From the NCBI GenBank assembly GCA_951406725.2, contig OX597814.1, positions 201,190,001 through 201,254,000 on the forward strand: a DNA stretch of 64,000 nucleotides. The letters run 5' to 3'. This stretch comes from Octopus vulgaris. Lineage: Eukaryota. The notes below the pieces were generated by a model. It did no database searches. It was not told the DNA's origin and was given only the letters and a program-made list of their open reading frames with translations. Positions 61,379 to 64,000 of this stretch are shown here, piece after piece. The position numbers and the translations under genes were made by a program. Each line of letters starts with the position of its first letter. Position 1 is the stretch's first letter.

Positions 61379-61937
61379 GTCTTCTGTCTTGAGAAGATGA
61401 ACTTTCTATTGAATGTAAAGGTCAATTTCACATTCTAATTGCTTTGACCAGCTTGTTAGAACATAGTGAGCACCTGCCAACGTTTCAAAATATTAACTTG
61501 AAGGAAGAGATTTGCTAATGAGTTTTGTAAAATGGAAAAAAGAATAAGCTTTAACTTCAACATAGAATGAATTGCTCCAGGTGTTTAAGCTGTGACATGT
61601 TTCTTTGACTAGCTGCGGGTTTCATGTCAATTCTGTTTGCTAGTGCTTTTGCTTGTATATAAATATCGTGAAGTATATAACCATGTCTCTGGTCTGCATA
61701 AACTGATATTAATCTTTCACTTGATTCTGCATAGCCAATGGGACACACCGAACTTCTAGCAAGGTGAATGATAAAAGGCAGCTAAATCCAGACAAGCACA
61801 CATTGATTATCTCCAAAAATACAAAAACTGAAAAATGTCATCAGTAAATGTGTGTATGAGACAACATCGCTACTGTAAAATGAAGCTTTGATTCAAAAGT
61901 AATTCTGTATGATATTGTTGACACATCAATATATCAA

Positions 61938-62400
61938 GGCGTGGGAGTGGCTGTGTGGTAAGTAGCTTGCTTACCAAGCACATGGTTCCGGGTTCAGTCC
62001 CACTGCGTGGCACCTTGGTCAAGTGTCTTCTATTATAGCCTCAGGTGGACTGAAGCCTTGTCAGTGGATTTGGTAGATGGAAAACTGAAAGAAGCCTGTT
62101 GTATATATGTTTATATATATATAGGTGTGTGTGTGTATGTATATATATATATATATATACATATATTGATGATGATGATGATATATATATATGAATGTAT
62201 GTGTTTGTGTGTCTGTGTTTGTTCCCCCAACATCACTTGTGTTGGTGTGTTTACATCTCTGTAACTTAATGGTTTGGCAAAAGAAACTGATAGAATAAGT
62301 ACTAGGCTTACAAAGAATAAGTCCTGGGGTCAATTTGCTTGACTGAAGGTGATGCTCCAGCATGGCTGCAGTCAAATGACTGAAACAAATAAAAGAATAG
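61938..62400 (+). mobile_element. SINE family A, full-length
   Basis: Head, CORE, microsatellite and 3' end. Confidence 0.85.
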
Positions 62401-62632
62401 CAAATAAATGTCCAAAGAGTGCCTGATTGAGAAAAGTATCTTCTTTCAAAACGTATGTACATGGTTGACAGCTGTTAATGAAATAAATAATTCTTTTGAT
62501 GAAAATAAACAAAGTTTTCTTTAGAAGCTTTGAGATGTATTGAAAGATACAGAAATAGTTATACTCAAATGCATGATAATAAAATAGTGTGAACAGGATA
62601 AATTATCCATACAATGCAGAAAAATACATTAC

Positions 62633-62706
62633 TGGCCAGCCATGAGACTTGAACTCACATCTCTATGATTACATGTCAAGTGCTTTACCACTAAGCTAAA
62701 CTGCCC
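62633..62706 (-). tRNA. tRNA-like sequence, probably a pseudogene; anticodon position reads TGT (Thr)
   Basis: gggcagt/gctggcc acceptor, gctt/aagc D stem, gtgag-ttcaagt-ctcat T arm, A and B boxes, and a T5 run 8 nt downstream. Position 33 is A and the anticodon stem is imperfect. Confidence 0.5.
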
Positions 62707-63709
62707 AGTAACGAATCCTTCTGCAATTTTAGAATTTATAAATTTAGCTCTATAAGACGCTAATGTTAAATTTAAATTATGATGAAAACAAACAAATAAA
62801 GTTTGCATTAGAAGAATTGAGATGTATTGAAAGATACAGAAATTCTTTGTTTTGGATATCAAGTCAAAATTGAATTGTTTCATTTTTATTCTTATGTGTA
62901 GATATCAATTCCCAATATTGTTTTATATTTGCACAAAAGGAACTGACATAATCCTGCTAATTAATCCCTGGTAGTCATGTTCAGTATATTTAATGATTGA
63001 ATAACAAAAATAATTATCTTCAACAGTTCACTAAACAGCTTTTATATGCATAACAAATAATTTTTTTTAAATGCATGTGATGTGTCTGAATAAAGAAATA
63101 GTGAAGTTATCAAAAGATTGATTTGAATCCAAACATATTTGATGTGAGGAAAATTATCTTATTACATATTAGCCCAAAGAAACATACCTACCAGCCACAA
63201 TAAGAAAGATTCCTTAAAGAGAACTGAGCTCCAAGTTTTTTTATGAACCTACCAAAACAGTCTGGAATGTTCCATGCAGTTTTTAGGCACAGAAACTAAA
63301 CTTTTCTCTTTGACTGTCACTGAATATCACAAACTGACACCAAAGATGATTCCCTGGAGAAAATGTCAGTAGGCTTATAGCACAGTTCCGGTCAATATTA
63401 CCAAATAAAGAAATATTTGCCAAAGATTTTGCCAAAGATTTTAACTTTTGATGTTTGAATTCGAGGAAGGCTGTCTGTTATATTCCGAGAGTGGGTATCA
63501 CATTACAAGTTTCCACTAACACCAGCTGTATTTGATGATATTCACAAAATATTTTACTTTAAGGCATATAGTTAGGATTCTTTTCCTAATCCCCCATACT
63601 TTACAATGCATTGGAGACAATGTTTTTATATCAGAGTCTGTGGGTCAATGGCTATGCTTCAATCTTCAAAGTTTTTATTCATTGTTGAAATAACGAACAC
63701 AAATTCAGA

Positions 63710-64000
63710 ATTATTTACATTTGATGAATATTTGTCCTCATCTCATTTGTTGTTAACACAACGTTTCAGCTGATATACCCTCCAGCCTTCATCAGGTGTC
63801 CTGGGAAAATTTCGAATCTGGGTTCTCGTTCCTAAGGTATTTTCCCAATGTTATTATTATGGCATAGTGGTTAAGAGCACGGGCTGCCAGCCCCAAGATT
63901 CTGAGTTCAATTCCAGACAGTGACCTGAATAATAATAATGACATTGGAAAAATACCTTAGGAATGAGAGTCCAGATAAATTTTCCCAAGACACCTGATGA
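63710..64000. mobile_element. Family E SINE: inverted tail (63710-63857 minus) joined to a plus copy (63858 to window end); intact HHR at 63755-63800 (minus)
   Basis: Minus: gacac-CTGATGA-a-ggctg..cagct-GAAAC-GTT-gtgtt. Plus: A box tggcatagtgg, B box gagttcaattcc, and a tail running off the window at ctgatga. Confidence 0.8.

Noticed and set aside
63500-63620. HCKVWGIRKR.. on the minus strand, reminiscent of a piggyBac cysteine-rich tail
   Set aside because: The remaining cysteines and the upstream transposase motifs could not be recovered.

Overview
AT-rich eukaryotic DNA, probably intergenic or intronic. The repeat content (very dense tRNA-derived CORE-type SINEs carrying internal TA/TG microsatellites, RTE 3' ends with (GAT)n tails) fits an octopus or other coleoid cephalopod genome; this is an inference. 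No host protein-coding gene can be supported, and almost all listed ORFs are microsatellite or SINE artefacts. Mobile elements identified: a young CR1-like LINE (ORF1 C-terminus plus an APE-RT ORF2 with no stop codons, 26837-29783, minus) fused to a decayed Tc1 transposase; two 3' fragments of a second CR1 family; RTE, R4/Dong, hAT and Helitron remnants; two non-autonomous Helitrons; two solo LTRs; a TTAA MITE; and many SINEs. The main signal is about a dozen hammerhead ribozyme (HHR) motifs in Penelope-like (PLE) tails. (1) Two diverged copies of one family, at 25.6 kb and 44.5 kb, fold into a hammerhead whose three strands run in reversed, non-circularly-permuted order, with covarying stems. 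(2) A tRNA-headed SINE ends in a minimal PLE-type HHR and shows PLE-style inverted arrangements. Separately, the LINE ORF2 has no AUG before its endonuclease domain and overlaps ORF1 in the -1 frame across two canonical slippery heptamers. All folds and alignments were done by eye, and repeat boundaries are approximate unless TSDs or termini are quoted.
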